The translations under genes were made by a program, and so were the position numbers. A stretch of DNA of 64,000 nt from a virus. Lineage: Duplodnaviria; Caudoviricetes. The notes below the pieces were generated by a model. That model was not told the origin of the DNA, made no database searches, and was given only the letters and a program-made list of their open reading frames with translations. Numbering within the stretch: the stretch's first letter is position 1; each line of letters begins with the position of its first letter. Positions 10,233 to 19,303 of the stretch are shown here, one piece after another. The stretch lies in IMG/VR virus record IMGVR_UViG_3300033121_002078, positions 30,623 to 94,622 of that record, one strand, 5' to 3'.

Positions 10233-10249
10233 TTTTATACCTCTGTATG

Positions 10250-10279
10250 ATTATTGATAATTTTTAGTAGTTTTCCTTT
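10250..10279 (-). promoter_or_regulatory. Putative phage sigma promoter AAAGGA-N17-CAATAAT
   Basis: Exact 17-nt spacing, upstream of the neck gene. Confidence 0.55.
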
Positions 10280-10332
10280 GCCCCAGACTGATTTATGAGC
10301 CATTTTAGTTTGAGCAAAGAAAAAAAAGACAA

Positions 10333-10953
10333 ATGGTAACAAAAACCAAAACAAAAACCGAATCAAATTTTATTCAATTATGTACCAGCGATAAACGAAT
10401 AGATAAAGGTTTATGTAATCTGGTCAATTCGAAAGTAGATAGAAACAAAAAATCAATCAATGAGTTAAGTAAAAACATATTGTCCATTTTAAACGCAGAT
10501 CCTTATGCAACCGAAGAGGCAGAATTAGATAAGTTATTCAAGCACCCAGACATTAAAAACATAAAAATTGATGGTGAAACGATCTATGTACGCACCGGAA
10601 ACATAAGTTTGATTTATAAGGGACAATCAATCGAAATCGGGCAATTTCAAATATCAATATATGCCGACTATGCCCAAGAGGAGGGTGATTATCCAGTTAA
10701 AATAGAAAATAAAACTCGCAGAAAAATGCAGCACGATCATCCACATATTGTGTGGGGTCAAGCATGTTGGGGAAACATAGGACCGATAATACATGATTTG
10801 GCGGCAAAAAGAAAGTTTTCAACACTCATCTGTCTCTGTATAGAGTATTTAAAGTCTTACAATGAAAATGATGCTGGAGCACCACTACCAACCCTGTGGC
10901 TCAAAAAAAGAGAGTATCATGGCGAAACGCAAGAAACCGAAGAAAAGGAGTAA
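10333..10953 (+). CDS. Prokaryotic E2 (ubiquitin-conjugating enzyme-like) protein
   Basis: HDHPHIVWGQACWGN matches the E2 HPx...G.xC catalytic signature; first gene of the Ubl operon. Confidence 0.75.
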   Translation: MVTKTKTKTESNFIQLCTSDKRIDKGLCNLVNSKVDRNKKSINELSKNILSILNADPYATEEAELDKLFKHPDIKNIKIDGETIYVRTGNISLIYKGQSIEIGQFQISIYADYAQEEGDYPVKIENKTRRKMQHDHPHIVWGQACWGNIGPIIHDLAAKRKFSTLICLCIEYLKSYNENDAGAPLPTLWLKKREYHGETQETEEKE

Positions 10954-11734
10954 GAAGATGTATCAGTATGGCGGTGGACAATACGGCAGTTCATATTGGA
11001 GCAGCAAGTTCGATAAGGTTGAAAAACTTTGTCCGCATGTTGCTAATCCAAAAATGGAACTTTTGGACGGAGAGTTACAGGCTCCGATCATTCTGCTTTC
11101 TCCTCAAGCGTATATGGATACGCATTACATCATGGAAGAGAGCAACGGTGATGAAGCTGCGTGGTTGGGAAATGTCAAGATTCTTCCAAAGTCGAAAGAT
11201 GATGATGCTCCGCGATATCTGATCGAAAACATCTTCCTCTTTAATCAAGATGTAAGTGCTGGCCACTGTGAATTCGATCAGGCTGATATCGGCAAGTTCT
11301 ATTCTGATATGCTGACTGAAGATCCGAAGAACAGGGATTTCCTTAATTCAATCCTTTTTTGGGGTCATGTCCACCCCGGATCTATGGTTACTCCGTCCCA
11401 GCAGGATGAAAATCAGATGGAGCTTTTTGCTCACAATGATTATTTCATTCGCGGCATCTTTACTCGTCAGAAAGTTTGCTCTTTCACTTTCTTCGATTAC
11501 AAAAATGGTTTGAAGTTTGTTGATTGTCCTTGGCAGTTGTACGTCGAAGAAAGCGACGAACGCAAAAAGGATATTGCTCAGCAAATGAAAGAGAAGGTGA
11601 AGCGAAAAAGCTGGGGCTTTCAAGGCAAGAAAAGCGGCGGATATAGTGGAGGCAGCAGTGGGTTTCGGCCTTCGCCTTCTTACGGGGAACCGCTATCAGA
11701 AGAAGACTGGAAAATGTGGGTAGAAAAGGATTAA
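10862..11734 (+). CDS. JAB/JAMM (MPN+) metallo-isopeptidase
   Basis: Upstream Glu (DEAAWLG) and WGHVHPGSMVTPSQQD = HxH-x7-SxxD; true start probably 10919 or 10958. Confidence 0.85.
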   Translation: MKMMLEHHYQPCGSKKESIMAKRKKPKKRSKKMYQYGGGQYGSSYWSSKFDKVEKLCPHVANPKMELLDGELQAPIILLSPQAYMDTHYIMEESNGDEAAWLGNVKILPKSKDDDAPRYLIENIFLFNQDVSAGHCEFDQADIGKFYSDMLTEDPKNRDFLNSILFWGHVHPGSMVTPSQQDENQMELFAHNDYFIRGIFTRQKVCSFTFFDYKNGLKFVDCPWQLYVEESDERKKDIAQQMKEKVKRKSWGFQGKKSGGYSGGSSGFRPSPSYGEPLSEEDWKMWVEKD

Positions 11735-11775
11735 TTACCCAACAAAAAAAAGGACTAAAAAAAGGGAACTAAAAA

Positions 11776-12438
11776 ATGGAACCAGATTTTTGGCGACAGT
11801 TAGATATTTTTGCCCCAGAAAAGTTTAAAACTCCAATTACGGTTATTGGAGCAGGTGCTACTGGCTCATACGCTGTATGGCTATTAGCAAAGATGGGGTG
11901 CAAAGATATAACTGTGTATGACTTTGACGACATTGAAAACCACAATCTTCCCAACCAGATTTACGGTCTGAATTCGGTTGGGCAGAAAAAGGTTGATGCC
12001 CTTCAGAAGATGATCAAAAATGAAACGGGCATCGAAATCAAAGTCAAACCCGAAAGATTCACTGAGGGTGAATTGAAGGGAATCGTTTTTGTACTTCCTG
12101 ATTCAATGTCCAGCCGGAAAGAGATTTGGGAAAACAGCATTAAGTACAAACTTGATGTTGAACTCATGGTTGAGACAAGGATGGGAGCCGAAGGTGGTCG
12201 AGTCTATACCATTGAACCTTCCCTTCCCAGGCAGGTAGATGGCTACGATAAGACCTTGTATAGCGACGAGGAGGCCGAAAGAAACGCTTGCACCGCTACC
12301 GCAATTGCCCCAACAGTTGCGACATTAGCAGGAATGGCGGTGTTTTCAATGATCAATTATGTAAGAGGAAAACAAATATACAATGAAACAATTATGTCAA
12401 TGTCACCAGTTTTGGTGTTAAACAAGAATTTCACTTAA
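11776..12438 (+). CDS. E1-like ThiF/MoeB adenylyltransferase
   Basis: VIGAGATGS, DFDDIENHNLPNQ, GQKKV; candidate catalytic Cys in ERNACT; no CxxC zinc pairs. Confidence 0.9.
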   Translation: MEPDFWRQLDIFAPEKFKTPITVIGAGATGSYAVWLLAKMGCKDITVYDFDDIENHNLPNQIYGLNSVGQKKVDALQKMIKNETGIEIKVKPERFTEGELKGIVFVLPDSMSSRKEIWENSIKYKLDVELMVETRMGAEGGRVYTIEPSLPRQVDGYDKTLYSDEEAERNACTATAIAPTVATLAGMAVFSMINYVRGKQIYNETIMSMSPVLVLNKNFT

Positions 12439-12455
12439 GGAGCACGCTTACAAGC

Positions 12456-12707
12456 GTGAAAAGAGAAAAAATGCAGACGCAAGCTAAAAAGACGGGTTTA
12501 ACCGCTAACATCGGCAAAATTCCTGGGGCTATCCACGAAGTGGAAATTGACAGCTCAAAGCCAATGAATGTCAAAGCCCTATTCGAAAAGATTGGTGTTT
12601 CGCTGGAAAAATGCGAACTCCAGAAAAACGGTGTCGAAATCGACGAGAACGCAATCGTTGAAGCAGGCGACAACGTTTTGGCAATCACCAAAATCAAGGG
12701 TAACTAA
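12456..12707 (+). CDS. Ubiquitin-like beta-grasp protein (ThiS/MoaD-like) ending KIKG-N
   Basis: Small size; KNGVEID...VEAGDNVLAITKIKGN resembles the ThiS/MoaD C-terminus; follows E1. Confidence 0.8.
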   Translation: MKREKMQTQAKKTGLTANIGKIPGAIHEVEIDSSKPMNVKALFEKIGVSLEKCELQKNGVEIDENAIVEAGDNVLAITKIKGN

Positions 12708-12729
12708 CCAACAGGTTTAAAGCCCTTAG

Positions 12730-12761
12730 AGCGGTAGCTATTTGGCTACCGCTTTTTTTTT
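12730..12761 (+). terminator. Rho-independent terminator after the Ubl gene
   Basis: AGCGGTAGCT-ATTT-GGCTACCGCT followed by a T run. Confidence 0.8.
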
Positions 12762-12772
12762 ATGAGGACAAC

Positions 12773-13909
12773 GTGCAAAATTCTAATGAATTCATTGAAT
12801 TTTTCACCAATAACGTGGATTCTATTAAATCTCTGGAAAAACTTATAGAATCAAAAGAGCGGACAAATTCAGAAAGAAAAAAAAGATTTGATAAAATTCT
12901 TAATGACATAAAACTCCTTAAAACACTTCAGTACGTATCCCAAAAAACAACAGATCGTATTTTGAGAGTCCTTGCAAATAATCCACAAATTGAACATATT
13001 CAGATAAGAAATGGCTGTTTATACATATATACCAAAAATCTAAAAGATCTCGCCAACAATCTTTTAGGCAAATACGAGATTGCTATTACAATTTCGTATC
13101 CACTTTTTGCAAAAATAACAAACAGAACTATGTCATTCTCTGGTTTTGCACACCCATCAGTAGACGAAAGCGGTAATCCTGTTTTTCAGTGGAATCTAGA
13201 TCAAAACGATATTTTAAAATATGTCCATGTTCTACTGTTTTGTTTACAAGACATATACTCACCTAAACCATCATCTCAATTTATTAAAAGGAAAAAAGAA
13301 CAAAAAATACAAACGCAAATACTCCCCAACAAAAAACTTTTCAACTTTCTTGTAAACAAAGCAAGTCAAGAACTTTGTAGTAGACAACTAAAAAGATACA
13401 AAGAAAATTTGGAATATTATCATTTAGAATATAAGCGTACACTCGTAGATTTAAAAAAATATACACTAATTTTAGAAAAAGCAAAAGATATTGAAACAAC
13501 AAGAATTTATATAGAAAAAGAAGCTCAATCAATTACACTGCACCCCGGTATCACTTCTTCATCTTTTAAAGAAGGATATCTTTTATTAGAAACCATTCAT
13601 ATTTACGCCAACGAAATAGATATTGGTCAATTCTCTGTTGGTATAAACCTGAAAGCGGCATCGATTACGTTCAAAAACAATACCAGACAGCATTACGGCT
13701 ACCATCATCCACACATAAATACAGAGGGCACAGCCTGTTTTGGAAACATTTCTATGATTATTACAGAACTACTTACGAGTAGAAAATTTGGAATAGTAAT
13801 CGATTTGGTTATTAAATTCTTACAGTCTTATACTCACGACGCCTATGGACAACCATACGTAAACCTCGAAGATTGGGCAAATGCAAACGATTGGGCAAAT
13901 GCAAACTAA
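12773..13909 (+). CDS. Coiled-coil protein with tandem E2-like domains (N-terminal Cys-less, C-terminal active-type)
   Basis: FAHPSVDESGNPVF (no Cys) and YHHPHINTEGTACFGN. Confidence 0.7.
   Translation: MQNSNEFIEFFTNNVDSIKSLEKLIESKERTNSERKKRFDKILNDIKLLKTLQYVSQKTTDRILRVLANNPQIEHIQIRNGCLYIYTKNLKDLANNLLGKYEIAITISYPLFAKITNRTMSFSGFAHPSVDESGNPVFQWNLDQNDILKYVHVLLFCLQDIYSPKPSSQFIKRKKEQKIQTQILPNKKLFNFLVNKASQELCSRQLKRYKENLEYYHLEYKRTLVDLKKYTLILEKAKDIETTRIYIEKEAQSITLHPGITSSSFKEGYLLLETIHIYANEIDIGQFSVGINLKAASITFKNNTRQHYGYHHPHINTEGTACFGNISMIITELLTSRKFGIVIDLVIKFLQSYTHDAYGQPYVNLEDWANANDWANAN
13871..13906 (+). repeat. Tandem 18-nt duplication GATTGGGCAAATGCAAAC x2
   Basis: Exact direct repeat at the junction of the two double-E2 genes. 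Confidence 0.9.
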
Positions 13910-15119
13910 ACGATTTTACAACCTCTTTCAAGATAAAGATTTTGTGATAAGCAATTTGCTTCGTCAAAAATCTTTATGTGAAACTAGTTTATTGAACATA
14001 AAAAATGCCTTTAAAGAACATAATAAAAACCTGAATGAACAGATCAAACTGTTAGATCAAACGCTACCAAAAAAACAAACAACTAGTCAAATAAATAAAT
14101 TACTGAAAAATAAAAAAATACAGGCAATAACATTAAAAAACAACACTATTAATATATATACTAATTTTTTGAGAATGCACGACATTTATTCTCATAACAC
14201 TTTTAATCTAGGAAGAATCCATATTCAAATCGATATGGTAAATAATAAAGTAATCGAAATTTCCAATCAAAGCAAACCAAATTTTTGGCACAATATGTCT
14301 GGACACCCATATATATACCCTGAAGGACGGCCACGCAGACCGATCCCCGTGGCCGTGCCTTGGGACAGTTTTAATGAAACAATAAATACAATAATTTATT
14401 CCTTGGAAAATGTAGACCTGTCATATTATTTTTCTGAGCCTCCTACTTTGGACGATTTGCACAAAGTAATAAACCGTCCAAAACATATTGAAACTAAAAT
14501 TGATAAAGCAAAATGGAATTCAATTATTAATATTTCCAGAGTTAAAAGTATAAACGATAATATCAAAGATATTAAACGTACTATAGAATATACAAAACGC
14601 CAATATGACAATATAAAACAAGGATTGTTAAAAATAAATGAGGAATTAGAACGATATCAAAATTATAGATACGATGAACAGACTGCAAAAAACGAATTTA
14701 ATGCAATCATGTCCCATCCTCAAATAACAAGAAGACGATTGGACAAAAATAACAATCTACATTTACGAACAAAGCATATATATATAAAGGATGAAGACGA
14801 AGGAATAGTTGATATTGGCACATTTGTCATACAAATCTCATGCAATGAATACGAAGACGTTATTCGCTGTTTTAACAAAACAAGAACAGTAATACTTTTT
14901 CACCACCCCCATGTTAATGATGATGGACTTCCATGTTTGGGCAACATTTCTGATCTAGTGCCAAAATTAGTCCATGACAGGAAATTCGGTATATTAATAG
15001 ACATAATTATTAAGTTTCTTCAATCCTACACAAGTGATGAATATGGAAGACCATACGTAAACCTTGAGGAGTGGGCAATACAAGTAAACAATGAAAAAAG
15101 TAAAAAAGTCAAGACCTAA
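13881..15119 (+). CDS. Paralogous coiled-coil protein with tandem E2-like domains
   Basis: GHPYIYPEGRP (no Cys) and FHHPHVNDDGLPCLGN; C-terminus FLQSYTSDEYGRPYVNLEEW closely matches the upstream paralog. Confidence 0.7.
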   Translation: MQTIGQMQTKRFYNLFQDKDFVISNLLRQKSLCETSLLNIKNAFKEHNKNLNEQIKLLDQTLPKKQTTSQINKLLKNKKIQAITLKNNTINIYTNFLRMHDIYSHNTFNLGRIHIQIDMVNNKVIEISNQSKPNFWHNMSGHPYIYPEGRPRRPIPVAVPWDSFNETINTIIYSLENVDLSYYFSEPPTLDDLHKVINRPKHIETKIDKAKWNSIINISRVKSINDNIKDIKRTIEYTKRQYDNIKQGLLKINEELERYQNYRYDEQTAKNEFNAIMSHPQITRRRLDKNNNLHLRTKHIYIKDEDEGIVDIGTFVIQISCNEYEDVIRCFNKTRTVILFHHPHVNDDGLPCLGNISDLVPKLVHDRKFGILIDIIIKFLQSYTSDEYGRPYVNLEEWAIQVNNEKSKKVKT

Positions 15120-16194
15120 TTTTATTTTGTACAGATGTTGCCTTTGCTAAGCAGCCCGTACTTACTGTAAGAAGAGGATTTTCGGCTAACCGTACATTCT
15201 TTACTATAAACGGTAATAGATTTCGACGCTCCATATCCGCTATCACCTGACGAAAACGCTCTATAAAGCCTGGAACCATGCTTGTGCCCCCTGCCACAAC
15301 TATCTCAAAGGGGGTAGTTATTCTTTCATCCTTGGGAATTTTCTCAAACTTTGCACTAAACTTCTCTAAAACATTGCTCAGAATACAATCGTACATGCAT
15401 GATAAAGCAGAATCTTTCAGATTAGAATCATCCACTTTGTTTAAATTGAAAATTCTTTCTTTATATCTGGTCATCATTTCAACCGATCCACCAGCTATTT
15501 TAACTGCTTCCTTATCTACAAAATCCCCAGAATTTTCTATAGAAAAAGTCAACAAAGGAAGTTGACGACGAGCAAGACAAGCATTAACCAAGCCGCCACC
15601 AAAGCTAAAAGATAAGCCAGTATGCTCGGAAACCCCATTTGGTTCATCTGGATCATCAGCACAAGGATTTTCAGCCAAAATAATAGCAAAACTTTCATTA
15701 ATGGGCTCTGGAATATAACCTAGTTGCTTAATAATGTTTGTTAGCATAGTTCTGTGATAAATAACATTATTTGTGCTATTGTCTCCAGGTACACAAAAGC
15801 AACAAACTTCTGTATTGGGCTTCTTAGCTTCTCCACCCAAAGCTCTTTTTATAAGTTCTTTGATTATAACCAAACTCATAGAATCATGAGCAGTGTTTAA
15901 AATGCCATCTTGCATAGGACGACGTATAGAGCTAAAATACGAAGTTTGAGCCCCTGTACGTTTAAATAACCCCTCTATTTCTGCAATTTTGTATACATCC
16001 ATTCCTAAAACATAGTATTTCCCATCATGCTTTATATAAGTGTAATTATTGTTTTTCAGAATATCTTCTGGATCTTCTACTGATTCCTTAACTTCGGCAA
16101 AACAGTTTCTTTCAACCGTAAATTCAACTTCGTCCAAGCTGTTTACTTTGCTTCCAACGATATGAACTGTGCCTACATCAAGTCCTACTGTAAT
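15109..16194 (-). CDS. Actin-fold ATPase (MreB/ParM-like), probable ATT start
   Basis: GLDVGT phosphate-1 motif in frame upstream of the track start 16137; INESFA, SFGGG, VVAGGTSMVPGF. Confidence 0.8.
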   Translation of the reverse strand: MTVGLDVGTVHIVGSKVNSLDEVEFTVERNCFAEVKESVEDPEDILKNNNYTYIKHDGKYYVLGMDVYKIAEIEGLFKRTGAQTSYFSSIRRPMQDGILNTAHDSMSLVIIKELIKRALGGEAKKPNTEVCCFCVPGDNSTNNVIYHRTMLTNIIKQLGYIPEPINESFAIILAENPCADDPDEPNGVSEHTGLSFSFGGGLVNACLARRQLPLLTFSIENSGDFVDKEAVKIAGGSVEMMTRYKERIFNLNKVDDSNLKDSALSCMYDCILSNVLEKFSAKFEKIPKDERITTPFEIVVAGGTSMVPGFIERFRQVIADMERRNLLPFIVKNVRLAENPLLTVSTGCLAKATSVQNKIRS

Positions 16195-16267
16195 GATACA
16201 CCTCCGAATTATCTTTCTTTACAACATTCATGCTGCTAAATTCTTTCAGACATGTACAATTATACAA

Positions 16268-16777
16268 TCACAGAATATCGTCTGCGACTGATTTTATGTT
16301 TATTTTGGTTTTTACTACTGTCTTTTTAGATGCTGAACTATCACTATCAATTTTGACGTTTTCAAAGCTCTTACTAACTATATTTGCCAACGATTCTGGA
16401 TTCAATTCCAAAGAATTTTCACCCGCACCCGCCTGAGCAGTGCCAGAGCTGTTTCCAGAAACCATCTTAATATTTGAAATAGCACTAAGTATAGTATCCA
16501 ATTTTTCATTCAACTCATTATTGTTAGATGTTGGTTCCAACCTTATTTCTTTTACTACATTCTGTGGAACGGCAACTTTAGTACTATCTACTTTTAGTTT
16601 TCCACCTATTAATTTGACTAACTTATGTTTTGCACAATATTTTAAATCCAATGATCTGTTTATACTATCTAGTGTTGTCACTTTCAACAAATCAACAGAC
16701 TGACCTGGATCTAGTTGTACTTTTAAATCTGCCAACTGCAAAACTGATCCAGAAATGTTTTGAATCACATAATTCAT
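16268..16777 (-). CDS. Hypothetical protein
   Basis: ATG overlaps the upstream TGA (ATGA); track start is 16849. Confidence 0.55.
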   Translation of the reverse strand: MNYVIQNISGSVLQLADLKVQLDPGQSVDLLKVTTLDSINRSLDLKYCAKHKLVKLIGGKLKVDSTKVAVPQNVVKEIRLEPTSNNNELNEKLDTILSAISNIKMVSGNSSGTAQAGAGENSLELNPESLANIVSKSFENVKIDSDSSASKKTVVKTKINIKSVADDIL

Positions 16778-16977
16778 CTTGCTACCCGCATTGATGGGAA
16801 TGGTGCTGGTTTTGTAAAACTGAAATCCAACACATTCATTTTGCCACATTCACAATGAAAATATATCTTTTCATCCCTAAAGTTAAATTCTATTACTCCA
16901 TCACCTGGAGAATTAGAATGTTTACCACAAGTACAAACCATGATGATAGCCGTATTTTTTTGAATTACGTCTGGCAT
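16774..16977 (-). CDS. Small Cys-rich (zinc-ribbon-like) protein
   Basis: CTCG...CECG; promoter motif immediately upstream. Confidence 0.55.
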   Translation of the reverse strand: MPDVIQKNTAIIMVCTCGKHSNSPGDGVIEFNFRDEKIYFHCECGKMNVLDFSFTKPAPFPSMRVAR

Positions 16978-16981
16978 TGTG

Positions 16982-17011
16982 TTATATACCCAAAAAAAAC
17001 TGATTTTCCTT
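16982..17011 (-). promoter_or_regulatory. Putative phage sigma promoter AAGGA-N17-GTATAT
   Basis: Exact 17-nt spacing; ATG 8 nt after GTAT. Confidence 0.55.
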
Positions 17012-17309
17012 AAGTTATACTGCCATTACACGTAATTTTTGTTTCTGGAGAAACAAAGTCAAACAATTCTTCCAATGTTATATTTGGCATCTCAATATTG
17101 ATATCTGGAATTAATACACGAGAGTTAAAATTGTTATAGTGATTTAGATTATGTGTTTTACAGAAGATGTACATAATATAATTATATGCCTCTTCTTTTT
17201 CGTTTATTTTTCTTTTAAATAAATCGACCGCACCTTTGCAATTCACTACTGAATATTGCTTGTTTGCGTAACTTTCACAACATTTATCAAAAAACGCTTG
17301 TAGACTCAT
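17010..17309 (-). CDS. Hypothetical protein
   Basis: ATGA overlap with the methyltransferase stop; track start is 17324. Confidence 0.45.
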   Translation of the reverse strand: MSLQAFFDKCCESYANKQYSVVNCKGAVDLFKRKINEKEEAYNYIMYIFCKTHNLNHYNNFNSRVLIPDINIEMPNITLEELFDFVSPETKITCNGSIT

Positions 17310-18499
17310 AAAAAGTGCTTCCAAAAGTTTTTATGAAACTGTCTAAAGACCCTCCAGTCAATAGCAAATTGTGACCACCTAAGAGCATTTTGCAACAAGC
17401 TATTAAATTCTTTCGATTCAAGAGCCTTTTTCAACAAAACCCCCTGCTCTTTAGAAAGTATTGGAATACCCATAGCATGTGGTGTCATTCCATATTCCCC
17501 ATTTTCATCAATTACTACATTCTGTATAGTATCTCCATCTCCAAAGATCACTTTTGAAACACCAAAAAACATTTTACGTTCAGAACTATAAAAAAATCTA
17601 ATACCATTTTTAGGAGTAGTATGAACACACAAATGACAATGTTTGTCTGTTTTTATTTTGCTTATATATGGCTTGTTGTGTACATACTCTGTATAACTAT
17701 ACAGAATCTCATTTCGTTGTTCGTCTAACGGACCAATGAGCTTTTTTACTATATCAAAATCACAATTGGGAAGAAATAAAAAATCTCGCAAATTAATAAC
17801 GCTCTCATGCCCCCTTATATCTTTGACAGTAGTAACACCACAATAATCCGAAATACAAACAACATACCAATCAAAAGGGGTTGATGCCTTTAATATCTTA
17901 ATGCCGTCTCTTTTATTATGCATTTCAAGATACATTAGATTGTATTTTTTAAATTCTGAAAATAATGTGTCTTCAGGTTTTCTCCACTTCGGTGGATGAA
18001 CAGCAACCAAAAAACCATCTCGTTTAATTGTGGCAAACGCCAACAAAACAAATTTGTCCCACAATATATTTCCAGATCCACTGCCGCCACCAGTTTTTTT
18101 AACTGGAGGTTGATATGGCGGATTCATTGTTATTACATCAAACTTTGTATCCCAAAAATTGAAATGTAAACTATTTGTACACTCTAGGTTGAGATCATAT
18201 TTGCCCAACGGGTCAAGTCGCAGAGCTGTTAAAACACAGTTCTTTGACTGCAAATCAACTCCGTATAACATGTTTTCTAATATGTGTTTTTCTCTGTCGT
18301 TTGGATCTTTTATGATGTCAGCCAAACTTTTCATTAATCTCTTTTTTATCGCAATTAGAAAATTTCCAGTACCACAAGCAGGATCACACCACTTAAAGCG
18401 GATATCCAGCCATACTTGTGGCGGTAGCTTGTCCAACATTTGTTCAATCAAACTTAAAGGAGTGAGTACTTCAGCAAATAGTTTTTTAGGCGTGATCAA
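17306..18499 (-). CDS. N6-adenine DNA methyltransferase (gamma class, Eco57I-like)
   Basis: DPACGTGNF (motif I) before NPPY (motif IV). Confidence 0.88.
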   Translation of the reverse strand: MITPKKLFAEVLTPLSLIEQMLDKLPPQVWLDIRFKWCDPACGTGNFLIAIKKRLMKSLADIIKDPNDREKHILENMLYGVDLQSKNCVLTALRLDPLGKYDLNLECTNSLHFNFWDTKFDVITMNPPYQPPVKKTGGGSGSGNILWDKFVLLAFATIKRDGFLVAVHPPKWRKPEDTLFSEFKKYNLMYLEMHNKRDGIKILKASTPFDWYVVCISDYCGVTTVKDIRGHESVINLRDFLFLPNCDFDIVKKLIGPLDEQRNEILYSYTEYVHNKPYISKIKTDKHCHLCVHTTPKNGIRFFYSSERKMFFGVSKVIFGDGDTIQNVVIDENGEYGMTPHAMGIPILSKEQGVLLKKALESKEFNSLLQNALRWSQFAIDWRVFRQFHKNFWKHFL

Positions 18500-19296
18500 A
18501 ATAGTGCAGTGCGTTTTTTAGAGTCGGTTTTTTCCAGCCGTTTTACTGACATTTCCACAAACTCTTCTTCAAGCTCTATACCAATGTATCTAAACCCATT
18601 CTGTATACAAGCAACACCAGTAGTCGAGGAACCAGCAAAACAATCAAGAATGATGGCATCTTTTATTTGTGGAACACTTTGCAGAATACGTTCTGGAAGT
18701 TCGACACTAAAAGGTGCAGGATGTGGATTGTTTGTTTCTTGTTTTATATCCCACACATCCCCTACTCCTGATGCTCCTTTGCTTTTAAGCTTGAACTCTG
18801 GTTTGGCGTATAACAAAATATATTCATGCGTAGGCAAGTAAAAAGTTGGAGAAAAATTAATTCCACCAGATCTACGCCAAATAATAATTTGTCTTAGTGG
18901 TAAACCCGGATTCCATTCCATAGGGTGCTCAAGTAAACCATTTTGTATTCGTGGTTTATGATTATAATAAATCGCTCCATCGGACCTAACTTTTTCCCAA
19001 CAAGTCTTTAAAACTTCAGACTGCCATGACCTATATTCCTCTTTGGGCATAGCATCATCGTGTTCACCATAACCATGTGCAAGACGAGCAGATTTCCATT
19101 TGCCACTACCCAAACCCCCCTTAAGACCACCACCAGAAGATATGCCAAGGTTATACGGTGGACTTGTAATTACTAAAAAAATAGATTCATTTGGCAATTG
19201 CCTTAATATATCTAGGCAATCACCGTGAATAATTTTCCAACTTTCAGTGCCGAAAGTTTTTAGGTGGGCTGGAATGATGTCTGACAACAATTGCAC
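18496..19296 (-). CDS. N4-cytosine/N6-adenine DNA methyltransferase (beta class)
   Basis: HGDCL, TSPPY, HPAPF, DCFAGSSTTG. Confidence 0.9.
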   Translation of the reverse strand: MQLLSDIIPAHLKTFGTESWKIIHGDCLDILRQLPNESIFLVITSPPYNLGISSGGGLKGGLGSGKWKSARLAHGYGEHDDAMPKEEYRSWQSEVLKTCWEKVRSDGAIYYNHKPRIQNGLLEHPMEWNPGLPLRQIIIWRRSGGINFSPTFYLPTHEYILLYAKPEFKLKSKGASGVGDVWDIKQETNNPHPAPFSVELPERILQSVPQIKDAIILDCFAGSSTTGVACIQNGFRYIGIELEEEFVEMSVKRLEKTDSKKRTALF

Positions 19297-19303
19297 ACAT
19301 CAA

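Noticed and set aside
11776-12707. ThiF/ThiS as thiamine or molybdopterin biosynthesis genes
   Set aside because: No thiG, moaE or cysteine desulfurase nearby; the neighbours are JAB and E2-type proteins
17010-19296. Complete restriction-modification system
   Set aside because: No endonuclease motif recognised in adjacent ORFs
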